A stretch of DNA of 64,000 nucleotides from an uncultured Planctomycetota bacterium (GTDB taxonomy: Bacteria; Planctomycetota; Planctomycetia; Isosphaerales; Isosphaeraceae), in the NCBI GenBank assembly GCA_963737655.1, contig CAVTTN010000002.1, positions 4,672,001 through 4,736,000 of the forward strand. Reading direction: 5' to 3'. The notes beneath the pieces were generated by a model, which saw only the letters and a program-made list of their open reading frames with translations, was not told where the DNA came from and made no database searches. How positions within the stretch are numbered: the first letter of the stretch is position 1; the number at the start of each line of letters is the position of its first letter. Below are positions 38,394 to 49,412 of this stretch, piece by piece. The position numbers and the translations under genes were made by a program.

Positions 38394-39493
38394 ATGAGCA
38401 CCTCCCACGCGATTCGCCAGAGAACGGGCGCCCAGGCGCCCCTCGCCTTGCCGACGAGCCAGGCCCCCGCCTCGGCCATCGGCCCCCGGATCGCGGTCGG
38501 CCCGCTCGACGAGGCGACCAAGGCCGAGGTCGACAAGCTCAGCCGCCGAGGGGTCTCCTTCGACGTCCTGGCCACCCAGTTCGGGCGGACCCGGGCGTCG
38601 ATCGTCAAGGCGGCCACCGAGATGAGGGCGAGGCGAGCCCGGGAAACCAAGCTGGAGTTCATGCCCCACCCCAGCTTCGACGACCCCAGGGCCCAGCCCG
38701 AGATCCTCGCCGAGATGCCGGCCGCCGAACCCGGCAAGGCCCCGAGGAAGGTCCGCGCCCGGAAGGGCTGCCCCCCTACCTCGCCGACCTGTACGACGCC
38801 TTGCTCCTGACCCGCGAGCAGGAGGCCCACCTGTTTCGCAAGATGAACTTCCTCAAGGCCCAGGCGTCCAAGCTCCGCGAGACCATCGACCCGGCGAAGG
38901 CCCGGGCCTCGGACCTCGACAAGTTCGATCGCCTGATGGAGCTGGCCCTGGCCGTCAAGAACCAGATCATCAAGGCGAATTTGCGCCTGGTCGTCTCGAT
39001 CGCCAAGAAGCACGTCGGACCCAGCAACGACTTCTTCGAGCTGGTCTCCGACGGCAACATGGCCCTGATCCGGGCCGTCGAGAAGTTCGACTTCGCCCGG
39101 GGCAACAAGTTCAGCACGTATGCCTCCTGGGCGATCATGAACCGGTTCGCCCGGTCGATCCCCGAGGAGAACCACCGCCGGGACCGGTTCGTCACCGGCC
39201 ACGAGGCGATGTTCGACGCCGCCGCCGACACCCGGACCGACGAGTTCGAGTCCGAGAGCGCCGCCCGGAGGGTCCGCGAGGCCGTCCACGGCCTGCTCGG
39301 CCGGCTCGACGCGAGGGAGCGGCGGGTCCTGGAGAGCCGGTTCGGCCTCGGGGGCGCCAACGAGCAGACCCTGGAGCAACTCGGCAAGGAACTCGGGATC
39401 ACCAAGGAACGGGTCCGCCAGATCGAGTCCCGCGCCCAGGACAAGCTCCGCAAGATCGCCGGAGAGGCCCGCCTGGACCCCGCCGCCATCTAA
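38394..39493 (+). CDS. Alternative RpoD/SigA-family sigma factor; apparent frameshift near 38760
   Basis: ANLRLVVSIAKK, LIRAVEKFD, KFSTYASW, TLEQLGKELGITKERVRQIE. Confidence 0.88.
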
Positions 39494-39605
39494 GCCAACC
39501 TGCCAGATTGGCAGGACGGATCGATCCATACTCAACCCCCTCGCCCGCCGCAAACCGCGACGGACGAGGGGGTTCTCGCATCGTTTCCACGATGGTACGC
39601 GAAAT

Positions 39606-39791
39606 GTAGGGTGCATGAAATGCACCTTCTCCCGCGCGGGCCAGGCCCGCCAGCCTCGTCCTCTCTGATTGCCGAGCCCCCTTGGATTGCCGAGCGGCCG
39701 GAGGAGGAGGCGGTTGCGGTTGCGGGCTTCGCCCGCGCGGGGTTGGTGCATTGCATGCACCCTACACGACGGTGCATTTCATGCACCCTAC
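39606..39791. repeat. REP family B cluster (three copies)
   Basis: GTAGGGTGCATGAAATGCACC at 39606-39626; inverted copies at 39745-39765 and 39771-39791. Confidence 0.8.
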
Positions 39792-39803
39792 GGGACTTCG
39801 TCG

Positions 39804-41678
39804 ATGCCGACTTCCAGCGAATACACGTTCCAGGCCGAGATCAAGCAGCTCCTGCACCTCCTGTCGCACTCGCTCTACCAGAGCCGGGACATCGCCGTCC
39901 GAGAGCTGGTCTCGAACGCTTCGGACGCCCTCGACAAGATGCGCTATCTGGCCCTGACCGAGGAGCGATACCGCGACGAGGCCCCTCTGGAGATCGTCCT
40001 GGAAGGCAAGCCCGACGCGAAGGAGCTGGTCCTCCGCGACAACGGAGTCGGGATGACCCGCGACGAGCTCGTCACCAACCTCGGCACGATCGCCCACAGC
40101 GGATCGCGGAAATTCCTCGAAGACGTCGCCTCGGCCTCCTCGGGGAAGAAGGCCGACCTCTCGCTGATCGGCCAGTTCGGCGTCGGGTTCTACTCGGCCT
40201 TCATGATCGCCGATTCGGTGACCGTCCGCACGCGGAGCTATCGCGAGGAGGCCGGCTGGGAGTGGAAGTCCGACGGCACCGGCACCTTCACCGTGACCGA
40301 GGCCGCCGGCCTCCCCCGAGGCACCGAGATCACCCTCCACCTCAAGGACGACGCCTCCGAATACGCCCAGGATTGGAAGCTCCGCGACGTCGTGGGCCGC
40401 TACTCCGGCTTCGTCCCCCATCCCATCAAGGTCGGCGGCGAGGTCGCCAACGCCCAGAAGCCGATCTGGGTCGAGCCGAAGTCGCAGGTCACCGAGGAGC
40501 AGTACACCCAGTTCTATCAGCATTTGAGCGGCCATCTCGAAGAAAAGCCGCTCTGGCACCTCCACCTCGCCGCCGATTCGCCGATCCAGTTCCGCGCCGT
40601 CCTGTATGGCCCGCCGACGAACCTCGAAGCCCTGGGCCTGGGCCTGACCGACCACGGCCTGAGCCTCTGCGCCAAACGGGTCCTCGTCCAGCCCGACTGC
40701 CGGGACCTCCTGCCCGAGTTCCTCCGGTTCGTCCGGGGCCTGGTCGATAGCGAAGACCTGCCTTTGAACGTCTCCCGGGAGACCCTCCAGGACAACTCGG
40801 TCATCCGCAAGATCCGCGGGTCCCTGGTCAAGGGCGTCCTGGACCTCCTGACCAAGATGGCCGAGGAGGAGCCCGACCGCTATCGCGAATTCTACAAGAC
40901 CTTCGGCGTCTATCTGAAGGAGGGCGTGGCCCGGGACTTCGCCAGCCGGGACCGCCTGGCCAAGCTCCTGCGGTTCCCGTCGTCGAGGTCCGAAGGGGAC
41001 TTGCCGACCGTCTCCCTCGACGATTACGTCGGCCGGATGGTCACCGACCAGCAGCGCATCTATTATCTGGGAGGCCCGGACCTCTCCGCGCTGAAAAAGA
41101 GCCCGAACCTGGAGGTTTTTCGGAGGAAGGGGATCGAGGTCCTGTTCCTGACCGAGGCCGTCGACGAGTTCGTGATGAACGCGCTCCACAAGTTCGCCGA
41201 CAAGGAGCTCACCTCGATCGACTCGGCCGACCTGGACCTCCCGGGCGACCCGGCCGAATCGGCCAAACCGAGCGAGGAGGGCGGATTCGGCCGCGTTTTG
41301 GAGCTGTTCCGCAAGGCGTTGGGGGATCGGGTGAAGGAAGTCCGCGGCTCGAAGCGGCTGACGGATAGCCCGTGTTGCCTGGTCTCGGCCGAGGGCGGGA
41401 TGAGCACCCAGATGCACCGGATCTTGCAGATGGCCGGCAAGGGCGTGCCCGAGCCGCCGAGGGTCCTGGAAGTGAACCCCGATTCCCCGTTGATCGCCCG
41501 GCTGGCGACCCTCTCGGCGAACCCCGCCCACGACGGCTTCATCGGCGAGTGCGGCCTCCAGCTCTGGTCGGGCGCCATGTTGCTCGAAGGCAGCGTGCCC
41601 GAGCCCCAGGACCTCGCCTCCCGGATGCAGAAATTCGTCGAGCAGGCCGCCGAGGCGAGGTCGCCGATCATCGTCTGA
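39804..41678 (+). CDS. htpG: Molecular chaperone HtpG (Hsp90)
   Basis: FQAEIKQLL, RELVSNASDA, NLGTIAHSG, IGQFGVGFYS, DLPLNVSRE. Confidence 0.96.
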   Translation: MPTSSEYTFQAEIKQLLHLLSHSLYQSRDIAVRELVSNASDALDKMRYLALTEERYRDEAPLEIVLEGKPDAKELVLRDNGVGMTRDELVTNLGTIAHSGSRKFLEDVASASSGKKADLSLIGQFGVGFYSAFMIADSVTVRTRSYREEAGWEWKSDGTGTFTVTEAAGLPRGTEITLHLKDDASEYAQDWKLRDVVGRYSGFVPHPIKVGGEVANAQKPIWVEPKSQVTEEQYTQFYQHLSGHLEEKPLWHLHLAADSPIQFRAVLYGPPTNLEALGLGLTDHGLSLCAKRVLVQPDCRDLLPEFLRFVRGLVDSEDLPLNVSRETLQDNSVIRKIRGSLVKGVLDLLTKMAEEEPDRYREFYKTFGVYLKEGVARDFASRDRLAKLLRFPSSRSEGDLPTVSLDDYVGRMVTDQQRIYYLGGPDLSALKKSPNLEVFRRKGIEVLFLTEAVDEFVMNALHKFADKELTSIDSADLDLPGDPAESAKPSEEGGFGRVLELFRKALGDRVKEVRGSKRLTDSPCCLVSAEGGMSTQMHRILQMAGKGVPEPPRVLEVNPDSPLIARLATLSANPAHDGFIGECGLQLWSGAMLLEGSVPEPQDLASRMQKFVEQAAEARSPIIV

Positions 41679-41963
41679 ACCGCCCGAGGCGAGAGATTGG
41701 ACGCTCGGCGACCGAGGAAGCTTCGAAGGAATCTCGCTCGCGATTCGAGCTCGGCCGACGCCATGCCCACGACGAGGTGGGCAGGCCGCCCGGACCGAGG
41801 CATCCCCGGCGATTTTTTGGGCCGAGCCGTCACGAGGGCGAGCCTCGGGCGACTAATCCCCCGGAGCCGCGGTCATGGAGGCCGTGAATAAAGGGACCGG
41901 GGCGGGCGTCTGACCGGGAGAAGATCGGTGGAACCCACACTTCTCCATGCGGATATCCCTCCC

Positions 41964-42560
41964 ATGACTGCCCCCGGCACCGGCACCGCCACGGACCCCG
42001 AGACCTGGCTCGATCGTCATGGCGACGCCCTCTATCGGCTCGCCCTCCTCCGGGTGGGCGATCCCGACATCGCCTCGGAGCTCGTCCAGGAAACGTTCCT
42101 GGCGGCCCTTCGCGGCCGGGCGACGTTCTCGGGCCGATCGACCGAGCGAACGTGGCTCGTGGGCATCCTCAAGCACAAGGTCCTCGACCGCCGGAGGAAG
42201 TTCGGCCGGGCTCCCCAGGTCCTCGAAGGCCCCGCCGTCGAGGACGCCCTGGCCGGCCCGTTCGACGCCCGGAAGCACTGGAAGAAGTTCCCCGGCCGGT
42301 GGCCAAACGACCCGAGCCGGACCCTGGAGGACCAGGAGTTCTGGGCGGTCCTGAGCGGCTGCCTGGACGGCCTGCCCCGCCCCCTGGCCGAGGCCTTCGT
42401 CCTGACCGAGATCGACGACAGCGACCGCCGGGCCGTCTGCGACGACCTGGAGATCACCCCCGCCAACCTCTCCGCCCGGCTCCACCGGGCCCGGATGCTC
42501 CTCCGAGGGTGCCTCGAATCCCGATGGTTCCGCGCCGGCGAGGAACCCAGCCCGTCGTGA
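41964..42560 (+). CDS. ECF sigma-70 factor
   Basis: ELVQETFLAA, RTWLVGILKHK, LSARLHRAR. Confidence 0.9.
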   Translation: MTAPGTGTATDPETWLDRHGDALYRLALLRVGDPDIASELVQETFLAALRGRATFSGRSTERTWLVGILKHKVLDRRRKFGRAPQVLEGPAVEDALAGPFDARKHWKKFPGRWPNDPSRTLEDQEFWAVLSGCLDGLPRPLAEAFVLTEIDDSDRRAVCDDLEITPANLSARLHRARMLLRGCLESRWFRAGEEPSPS

Positions 42561-42589
42561 CCCGACCCCCGACCCTTCCGAGGACGTTT

Positions 42590-42874
42590 ATGGACCGGCC
42601 CCTCTCGCTCGCCCAGCTCCTGACGCTGCCTTGCGAGGACGCCGCCCACCTCGCGTCCGACGCCCTCGACCGCGACCTGGAATTCCCCGAGAGGTTCGCC
42701 GTCCGCCTCCACGAAGTCTACTGCCTGGGCTGCCGCCGCTACCGCAAGCAGCTCGGCTTCCTCCGGGACGCATCCCGGAAACTCCTCGCCGGGGACGCCG
42801 AGACCGCGGCCCTCCCCGCCGAGGCGAAGGAAAAAATCCGAGAGGCCCTCCGCCGGGCCGACGACCCCTCCTGA
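42590..42874 (+). CDS. zf-HC2 anti-sigma factor
   Basis: CEDAAHLAS...RLHEVYCLGCRRY (HxxxCxxC), downstream of the ECF sigma. Confidence 0.85.
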   Translation: MDRPLSLAQLLTLPCEDAAHLASDALDRDLEFPERFAVRLHEVYCLGCRRYRKQLGFLRDASRKLLAGDAETAALPAEAKEKIREALRRADDPS

Positions 42875-43004
42875 GCGAGGCGCGACGACCCCCAGCCCCC
42901 CAACCCGCGATCGCCCGGCGTTCGCCGAGTGGGGCCTCGTCTGGCTCTTTTTGTGAAAATCTTTATATAAGTTCACACATTTCTGAGAGAAGAAAGGACG
43001 GCGC

Positions 43005-44504
43005 ATGAGCGTTCGAACGATCCTCGGGGCGGTGCTCGCCTCCTCGGCGATCTCGGGAGCGGCCCTGGCGGCCGACCCCCCTCTGGCCGATCAACTCGTC
43101 GGGCTCGGCCTCCAGGCTCGGAAGGCCGGGCAGGCCGGGCAGGCCGAGCGGTTCTATCGCCGGGCCCTGGAACTGAGTCCCGGACATCCCGAGGCGCATC
43201 GAGGGATCAACCAACTCCGGCTCGTCGTCCGGGCCCGGGGGACGGCGGAGAGCGCCTCGGCCCCCGGGCCGGGCCAGGCCACCCTCGAACGCGCGGAGCA
43301 ATTCCGGAGGATCCTGGTCCAGCAACTCACCGCGGCCACCGGGGAGAGGATCGCCCAGGCCCGCGACGAGCTCGATCGCTACAATCCCGAGGGCGCCCTG
43401 AATCTCCTCCGACTGGGAATGACGGCCGTCTCGGGCGACGACCAGGTGCCGGCCTCGGTTCGAGACGCCCTGATCGGCCGCCTTCGGGCCGAGTATGCCG
43501 CAACGGTCCGGCGAGAGGAGGACGTTCAACTCCACCAGGCCGAGACGTTCCGCCTCCAGCAAGTCGCCCAGCAACGTGCCCGCGTCCTGGAACAGCTTGA
43601 GACGAACCAGGAGACCGTCAACGCCCTGATGACGCGATTTGATTCCTTGATGGCTCAGGGTCAGTACAACGTCCTGTTCAACGGCGGCACCGGCAACATC
43701 GCCAGGGCCATCGCCCCGTTCGCCGAGGCCCACCTGTTCGCCCAGCAGGCTCGCGCCCTCGACCCCAACGACCCAACCCCCGCCGTCGGCCTCGACGTCA
43801 GCCAGTTCATCGGCTCGCTGGCCAATGAGCTCTCGTTCGAGGAACTGAAGGAATATCGATTCCTCCTGACCATGAACGACGTGACGCGAGCCAGCGTCCC
43901 ATTCCCCGACACCATCACCATCGAGTACCCGGACGCCGAACATTGGCGAGAAATCTCCGAGAAACGCATCAAGCGGTACGAGAGCGTGTCGCTCGACTCC
44001 CGGGACGCCAGGAGCCAGGCCATCCTCGCCAAGCTGGATCAGCCCGTGTCGATGCCTTTCGGCAACGAGACGCCTCTTGAGGACGTGATCAAGTACGTCA
44101 AATCCTCAACCACGGATGCGGCAATGCCCCAGGGCATCCCGATTTACGTCGATCCGGTCGGCCTCCAGGAAGCGGAGAAGACGATGGCCTCGCCCATCAC
44201 TCTGAACCTCGATGGCGTCCCCTTGAAGAAGTCGTTGAAGCTCTTGCTGAAGCAGTTGGACCTGACCTACACGGTCAAGGACGGGCTGCTGACCATCACC
44301 TCGACGGCCTCGAAGGACCAGCCGACCGAGATCCGCGTCTACCCCGTGGCCGACCTCGCCATCATCCCGTTCTCGCTCCTGGGAGGCGGAGGCGGTGGTG
44401 GTGGCGGATTCGGCGGAGGTGGAGGCGGGTTCGGCGGCGGAGGACTCGGGGGCGGAGGCGGAGGACTCGGAGGCGGAGGCGGGTTCGGCGCCGGGGCCCG
44501 GTGA
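43005..44504 (+). CDS. Exported TPR + STN-like domain protein with Gly-rich tail
   Basis: Signal peptide, YRRALELSPGHPEA, TPLEDVI...IYVDPVGL...LKLLLKQLDLTY...VYPVADL, poly-Gly end. Confidence 0.75.
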   Translation: MSVRTILGAVLASSAISGAALAADPPLADQLVGLGLQARKAGQAGQAERFYRRALELSPGHPEAHRGINQLRLVVRARGTAESASAPGPGQATLERAEQFRRILVQQLTAATGERIAQARDELDRYNPEGALNLLRLGMTAVSGDDQVPASVRDALIGRLRAEYAATVRREEDVQLHQAETFRLQQVAQQRARVLEQLETNQETVNALMTRFDSLMAQGQYNVLFNGGTGNIARAIAPFAEAHLFAQQARALDPNDPTPAVGLDVSQFIGSLANELSFEELKEYRFLLTMNDVTRASVPFPDTITIEYPDAEHWREISEKRIKRYESVSLDSRDARSQAILAKLDQPVSMPFGNETPLEDVIKYVKSSTTDAAMPQGIPIYVDPVGLQEAEKTMASPITLNLDGVPLKKSLKLLLKQLDLTYTVKDGLLTITSTASKDQPTEIRVYPVADLAIIPFSLLGGGGGGGGGFGGGGGGFGGGGLGGGGGGLGGGGGFGAGAR

Positions 44505-44585
44505 TCGATGGCCGATTTCGTCCCCGATTCCCAGAGGCACTATCGAGAGTCAGTTGACCTCAGATCACCAGAAAGGCAGGGATCG

Positions 44586-46223
44586 ATGAACACACATGGG
44601 AAGACGATGGGCCTGGCCGTGGCGATCGCGGCGGGCCTGGCGGCGACGAGTTGGGGAGGCGACCGAAACGCCCCGGCCGAGCTGCCGCACGTTTCGGTGG
44701 TCCACGGTCTCCGCTCCGGGGTCCTGGAGGTGAGGGCCGAAGGCCGGGGAGACGGCCGGATGACTCTCTCGATCACCAATCGTTCGCGCCGGGCCCTGAG
44801 GGTCGTTCTGCCGCCGGGCCTGGTGGCCTCGGGTCCGTCGGGCCAGTTCGGCGGCGGAGGATTCGGGGGAGGCGGCGGAGGATTCGGGGGAGGAGGACTG
44901 GGAGGCGGCGGCGGCCTCGGGGGAGGTGGCGGCGGTCTCGGCGGAGGAGGACTGGGCGGCGGCGGTCTCGGTGGATTGGGAGGCGGTGGACTGGGCGGCG
45001 GTGGTGGACTGGGCGGCGGTGGCGGTGGAGGACTCGGTGGCGGAGGAGGCGGGTTCGGCGGAGCCGGAGGAGGTGCGGGAGCGGCCGTCCTCCCCGCGTC
45101 GTCGGGCATGATCCTCCTGGGGCGGATCATCATGAACCTGGCCGGCGAAAAGGATAGCTGGGACTTTACCTCGCTGACCTCGGGAGGACTCGGAGGAGGC
45201 GGAGGACTCGGCGGCCTGGGCGGAGGCGGAGGACTCGGCGGGGGCGGCCTCGGTGGTGGAGGAGGATTCGGGGGCGGGGGCGGAGGGTTCCGCTCGGTCG
45301 ATCCCGCCGGACCCGCCTCGGCGGTGCTGGCTCCGGGGCAAACGCGCGACCTCCCCACCCGACTGGTCAGCCTGAATCCCCCGGGCGACGAGGGCCGGGT
45401 CGTGATGCCGGCCCAGGGGGAACGGCTGGAGATCGGCGACGTTCAGGATCTGGACCTCGACCCCAGGCTCCGGGCCACCCTGATCGACCTGGGTTCGAGC
45501 CAGGCGCCGGTGACCGTGGCCCAACTCGTCCTGTGGAATCAGGCTGGAAGGCTGGACTGGGACGCCCTGGCGGCCCTGAGCCGTCCGTGGGCGAACGCTC
45601 ACGAGATCACCCTGGCCCGCGCGTTCGCCGAACGAGGCACGGCGGACCGGCCCCGAGGGTCGATCCACCTGGCCATCGAAGGGAACGACCCGGAGGCCGC
45701 CGCTCTGGGGTCGGCCCTGAGCGGTCGGACCGTCCTGGGCCTCCCGGTCGATCCGCGGATCCCCGATTCGCCCGACGGCCCCGCGATCGCCGCGAGGGCC
45801 CGGTTTGTGGGCCGAGAGATGTCGGTCCAGGTCAAGGTCAGCGACCCGTCCGGCTCGGCCTGGGCCTCCGCCGGGAAATTCACGATCGCCAGGTTCGACC
45901 CGAAAGGCGAGGCCCTTTCGCCCGAGGTCCTGGCCGACCGCCTGGCCGGCGGAGTGCTCGACCGCCTGGTGATCGCCCGGGTCGTCCGGGGCGCCAAGGC
46001 CCGGGGGAAGGACGGATTCACGATCCGAATCGAGAACGCCTCGCCGATGATTCTTCGAGGAATCACGATCGCCGGCGCGAACGACCAGCGGCCCTCGACG
46101 GTCTCCGGCCTCGGCCTCCCGCCGCGGAAGGCGCTTTCGGTGCCGATCTCGTCCGAGGCCCTCGAACGGCTCGGCCTGAAGGGCGGGGCCCGAGTCCGGG
46201 CGGCGGAGCTCGGATCCTTGTAA
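44586..46223 (+). CDS. Exported protein with two Gly-rich tracts
   Basis: Signal peptide; GGGG(F/L) repeats at ~44850-45075 and ~45180-45290. Confidence 0.75.
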   Translation: MNTHGKTMGLAVAIAAGLAATSWGGDRNAPAELPHVSVVHGLRSGVLEVRAEGRGDGRMTLSITNRSRRALRVVLPPGLVASGPSGQFGGGGFGGGGGGFGGGGLGGGGGLGGGGGGLGGGGLGGGGLGGLGGGGLGGGGGLGGGGGGGLGGGGGGFGGAGGGAGAAVLPASSGMILLGRIIMNLAGEKDSWDFTSLTSGGLGGGGGLGGLGGGGGLGGGGLGGGGGFGGGGGGFRSVDPAGPASAVLAPGQTRDLPTRLVSLNPPGDEGRVVMPAQGERLEIGDVQDLDLDPRLRATLIDLGSSQAPVTVAQLVLWNQAGRLDWDALAALSRPWANAHEITLARAFAERGTADRPRGSIHLAIEGNDPEAAALGSALSGRTVLGLPVDPRIPDSPDGPAIAARARFVGREMSVQVKVSDPSGSAWASAGKFTIARFDPKGEALSPEVLADRLAGGVLDRLVIARVVRGAKARGKDGFTIRIENASPMILRGITIAGANDQRPSTVSGLGLPPRKALSVPISSEALERLGLKGGARVRAAELGSL

Positions 46224-46229
46224 CCAAAA

Positions 46230-47018
46230 TCACTCGACGGCGATCAGGTCCTTGATCTTGCCGAACTGGGCGTCCTTGATCCCCTTGACCTTCTTGATGT
46301 CTTCAATCGAGGAGAAGGGGCGGGCCTCGATGATCAGCCTGGCCTTCGCCGGGCCGATGCCGGGAAGCTCGTCGAGCTCGGCTTCCGAGGCGGTGTTGAT
46401 GTTGATTTTCGTCCCGAAGGGGGCGGCCGGGGCCGTGTTCGCCCTGGCCTTCGACTTCGTCTTCGTCTTCGCCTCGGGAGCGGCGGCGGCCTCCATCTTC
46501 GGACGGGTCGCCGCCCCTTTCGTCGTGGCCTTCCCGGCGGCTTTCTCGGGGAATCCGCCGAATTTCAGCCGGCCCCGGAGCGCGTCGATCTTCGCCTCGG
46601 CCAAACCCGGCACCTTCGCCAGATCGTCGTAACCCGAGACCGGCCGGGCCTCAACGATCGCTCGGGCCAAGGCTGCGGTGATCCCGGGAAGGGTCTGGAG
46701 CCGCTCGACCGGGTCGGCATTCGCGTCCACCGGACTCGGCAACGGGCGGACCGTCACCATCGCCCGGAACTTCGCCAGGGTCGCCGCCGAAACGCCGCTC
46801 CGGGTCAGATCCTCGACGCTCGCGAAGGGACGGCCATCCAGGATCTTCCTCGCCGTGGCCGGCCCCACGCCCGGAAGCGCGATCAATTCGGCCTTCGTCG
46901 CCGAATTCAGGTCCACCGAAGGGGCCGGAGCGTCCTCGTCCGTCGCCTGGGCCCTCGCCGACGGCGGGACGAGCAGGCAGAACGCCAGGGCCAGGAAGAA
47001 TCGCTTCGTCGCGAGCAT
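46230..47018 (-). CDS. ComEA-like triple helix-hairpin-helix DNA-binding protein
   Basis: Signal peptide; VDLNSA...LPGVGP, LPGIT, ININTA...LPGIGP. Confidence 0.85.
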   Translation of the reverse strand: MLATKRFFLALAFCLLVPPSARAQATDEDAPAPSVDLNSATKAELIALPGVGPATARKILDGRPFASVEDLTRSGVSAATLAKFRAMVTVRPLPSPVDANADPVERLQTLPGITAALARAIVEARPVSGYDDLAKVPGLAEAKIDALRGRLKFGGFPEKAAGKATTKGAATRPKMEAAAAPEAKTKTKSKARANTAPAAPFGTKININTASEAELDELPGIGPAKARLIIEARPFSSIEDIKKVKGIKDAQFGKIKDLIAVE

Positions 47019-47841
47019 GAAACACCTTCTGGGCGATCGGGACGACGATCGGGGAGCATTCGGGGTGAAATTTTATCCATCCCCCGCCGTCGCCGCAAGC
47101 CTCCGGCGGTGGACTTTCAGGGCCGTTCCTTCTCGATGCAACTTCTGCCGCAAGGTCCTGGGGTAGCACGGGTTCCGAGGACGCAACCCGTGCCAATCAC
47201 GAAAGTTACGGCTCGGTTTGACCCGACAACGAAACGGGTTCGGGTGGGCCTCCGGGGCGTTCGACCGCCGGGAGGAACGCATGGGAACATTTTAGTACCG
47301 AAAGGACGATCGCGGGGGGTCGAGTCCTGGAATTTGGGACTTTCTGGGGTGGCCCCGGCTCGAGTTTAGCGCCGACCGTGTCGGACGGCGTTTTCGTAGG
47401 GTCCGCTCTTGCGGACCTCTTCAATCACCCTTCGTCTCGAAGAGGTCCGCAAGAGCGGACCCGACGAAAACGCCGTCTTTCCCGCTCAACACGAACCGGT
47501 TCGGGAGCGACACCCGATCGCAGGCCGGAAGGGCCGCCGCATCGACCGCAACTTACCCCGACAACACCATCGGGACCGAGGCACCGGGCGATCACTCGAT
47601 CCCAAAAACCGCCCCCAAGTCCCTCGGCCCGGCCCGCCCGTTCGCACCCCCGAAGTGCGCAGGGTTTCGGACGCGAAACGAGGAAAATCGGCGAGAAAGA
47701 CGCTCTCCATAAACCCATGCGATTTGACGGGTTGCGAGTCAAATAACAACAATCTATCATGTTTGCACTCGAATGGCGCGCACGGCGACTGCGCACGCGG
47801 AAATGGCGGAAAAACGGCCCTCCGAGGCACTTTTCGGGGGG

Positions 47842-47878
47842 AAAGTGTAGTCAAGTTCGGGAAAAGTGTAGTCAAGTT
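47842..47878 (+). repeat. 16-bp direct repeat, 21-bp period
   Basis: AAAGTGTAGTCAAGTT at 47842 and 47863. Confidence 0.8.
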
Positions 47879-48212
47879 TTCCTCAAGATCCATGCCGATT
47901 TGCATGATAATCTGGCAAACTTCTTCGCAATTTCTCATGCGGATGCCACGATCGCCACACGACCGACGGCCCGCCTCCGCCGAGATCGGGCGTACCCGTC
48001 GCCCGTTTGCACGCTAATTTTTATCGAACACATCGTAATATTTCATCCACGTGTCGCCGAGACACCGAGTTCGATTTCGCTTGACGACCCGCCCGGCGCC
48101 GGTCAAGCTTGCATGCGTTCGGGGCGAGGGACCGGGCCGACCAATCGACGGACCCCGCCCCAACTTCATCGAATATTCTTCTGTTGATTTCATGTCATTT
48201 CAAGGACAAGGG

Positions 48213-48581
48213 ATGCGATCGGCCGACCGGACCGGAGTTGCCCGGAGGCTCGGGGGGTTGGGCCTCCTCCATCTTTCTCGCCTCCTGGTTGCGGCGACGA
48301 TGGCGGCCGGCTGCGGCCGGGGCGCGAGCCCGGCCCCTCGGCCCTCGGCGCCGATCGCCGCCGAATCCGGCCCCCTCGACGAGGCCGGGGTCCTGGCGAT
48401 CGCCCGTCGAGCCGTGGCGACGAACGAGGACTGGCTCGAGCAGGCGGTCTTCGACCCGCCCCGACGCGACGGCTCGGGCTGGAGCGTGCTCGTCCGGGAG
48501 TCGCCGGCGGCGCCCGGGGGCCACCGATTGATCCGGATCGACCGGGACGGCAAGATCCTGCAATACCTGCGAGGAAGTTGA
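48213..48581 (+). CDS. Putative lipoprotein
   Basis: Hydrophobic stretch ending in MAAGC lipobox. Confidence 0.55.
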   Translation: MRSADRTGVARRLGGLGLLHLSRLLVAATMAAGCGRGASPAPRPSAPIAAESGPLDEAGVLAIARRAVATNEDWLEQAVFDPPRRDGSGWSVLVRESPAAPGGHRLIRIDRDGKILQYLRGS

Positions 48582-48688
48582 GCGGGGATGGGACGATCCA
48601 ATCAACGATCGCAAGAATTTTCCCGAAACATACACCACAACCTGATCCCGCGATCCGCCGGCCTGGTCTTCCCGGGAGTTTCGATCCG

Positions 48689-49207
48689 ATGCAACCGATC
48701 GCCGTTTATGAGGAGAGGCGGCCCGAGCGGCGGTTCCGGTTCGAGCTCTTCCCCGAGGCCATCGAGGTCCGCGGATCGACGACCCAGACGGACGTGGAGA
48801 TCTCGATCCCCCTGGTCCAGCTCCATCCGTCGATCGCCCGGGTCTGGTCCTTGCCGTACTGGTTCCACGTGGGGGTCTGGGTATTCCTCCTCGGGATCGT
48901 TTCGCTCATGGCCCTCGTCGTGTACGTGATGAGCCAGGAGCTTCGGATCGTCCCCCCGGTATGGATGGGCTTCACGGCCCTGGGCGTGACGGCGGGGATC
49001 GTGGTGATGGTCTGGAACCGGCGGAAGACCGAGACCGCCCGGTTCCAGTCCGACGCGGGGATCACGATCCTGGCGATCGCGAAAACGGCCCGGAACGCCG
49101 AGGCGTATGACGAGTTCCTCGCCCTCCTCCAGAAGCAAATCCGGATCGCCCGGGGCGGGGCGGGCCTCCGCAACCCCTCGCTCCCGATCGCGGACGTCGA
49201 TTCCTGA
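48689..49207 (+). CDS. Hypothetical two-TM membrane protein
   Basis: Two long hydrophobic segments. Confidence 0.65.
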   Translation: MQPIAVYEERRPERRFRFELFPEAIEVRGSTTQTDVEISIPLVQLHPSIARVWSLPYWFHVGVWVFLLGIVSLMALVVYVMSQELRIVPPVWMGFTALGVTAGIVVMVWNRRKTETARFQSDAGITILAIAKTARNAEAYDEFLALLQKQIRIARGGAGLRNPSLPIADVDS

Positions 49208-49412
49208 CACCTCCCGGCGCATGGATTCCGGTCAAGCCCTGACCGGCGGCCGGGGAGAGGGGGTCGGCCATGCCCGACGGGCCCTCCTCACCCCTCCGAC
49301 CCGGAAAAACTCGAGGACCGGCGAGATTCCGCGGAATGCTCGGCCCGGCCGGCCGTATCTGGGATGTGGCCCGGAGGCCGATTCCCCCCAAGCCCCACGA
49401 GGGACGGCTCGC

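Noticed and set aside
44380..45290. GGC/GGA-rich tracts as non-coding repeats or G4 arrays
   Set aside because: They are in-frame Gly codons with synonymous variation, so selection is at the protein level.
47019..48212. oriC or dif in the AT-richer gap
   Set aside because: Only degenerate DnaA-box-like words (e.g. TTATCCATC) and no convincing 11-6-11 XerC/XerD site.
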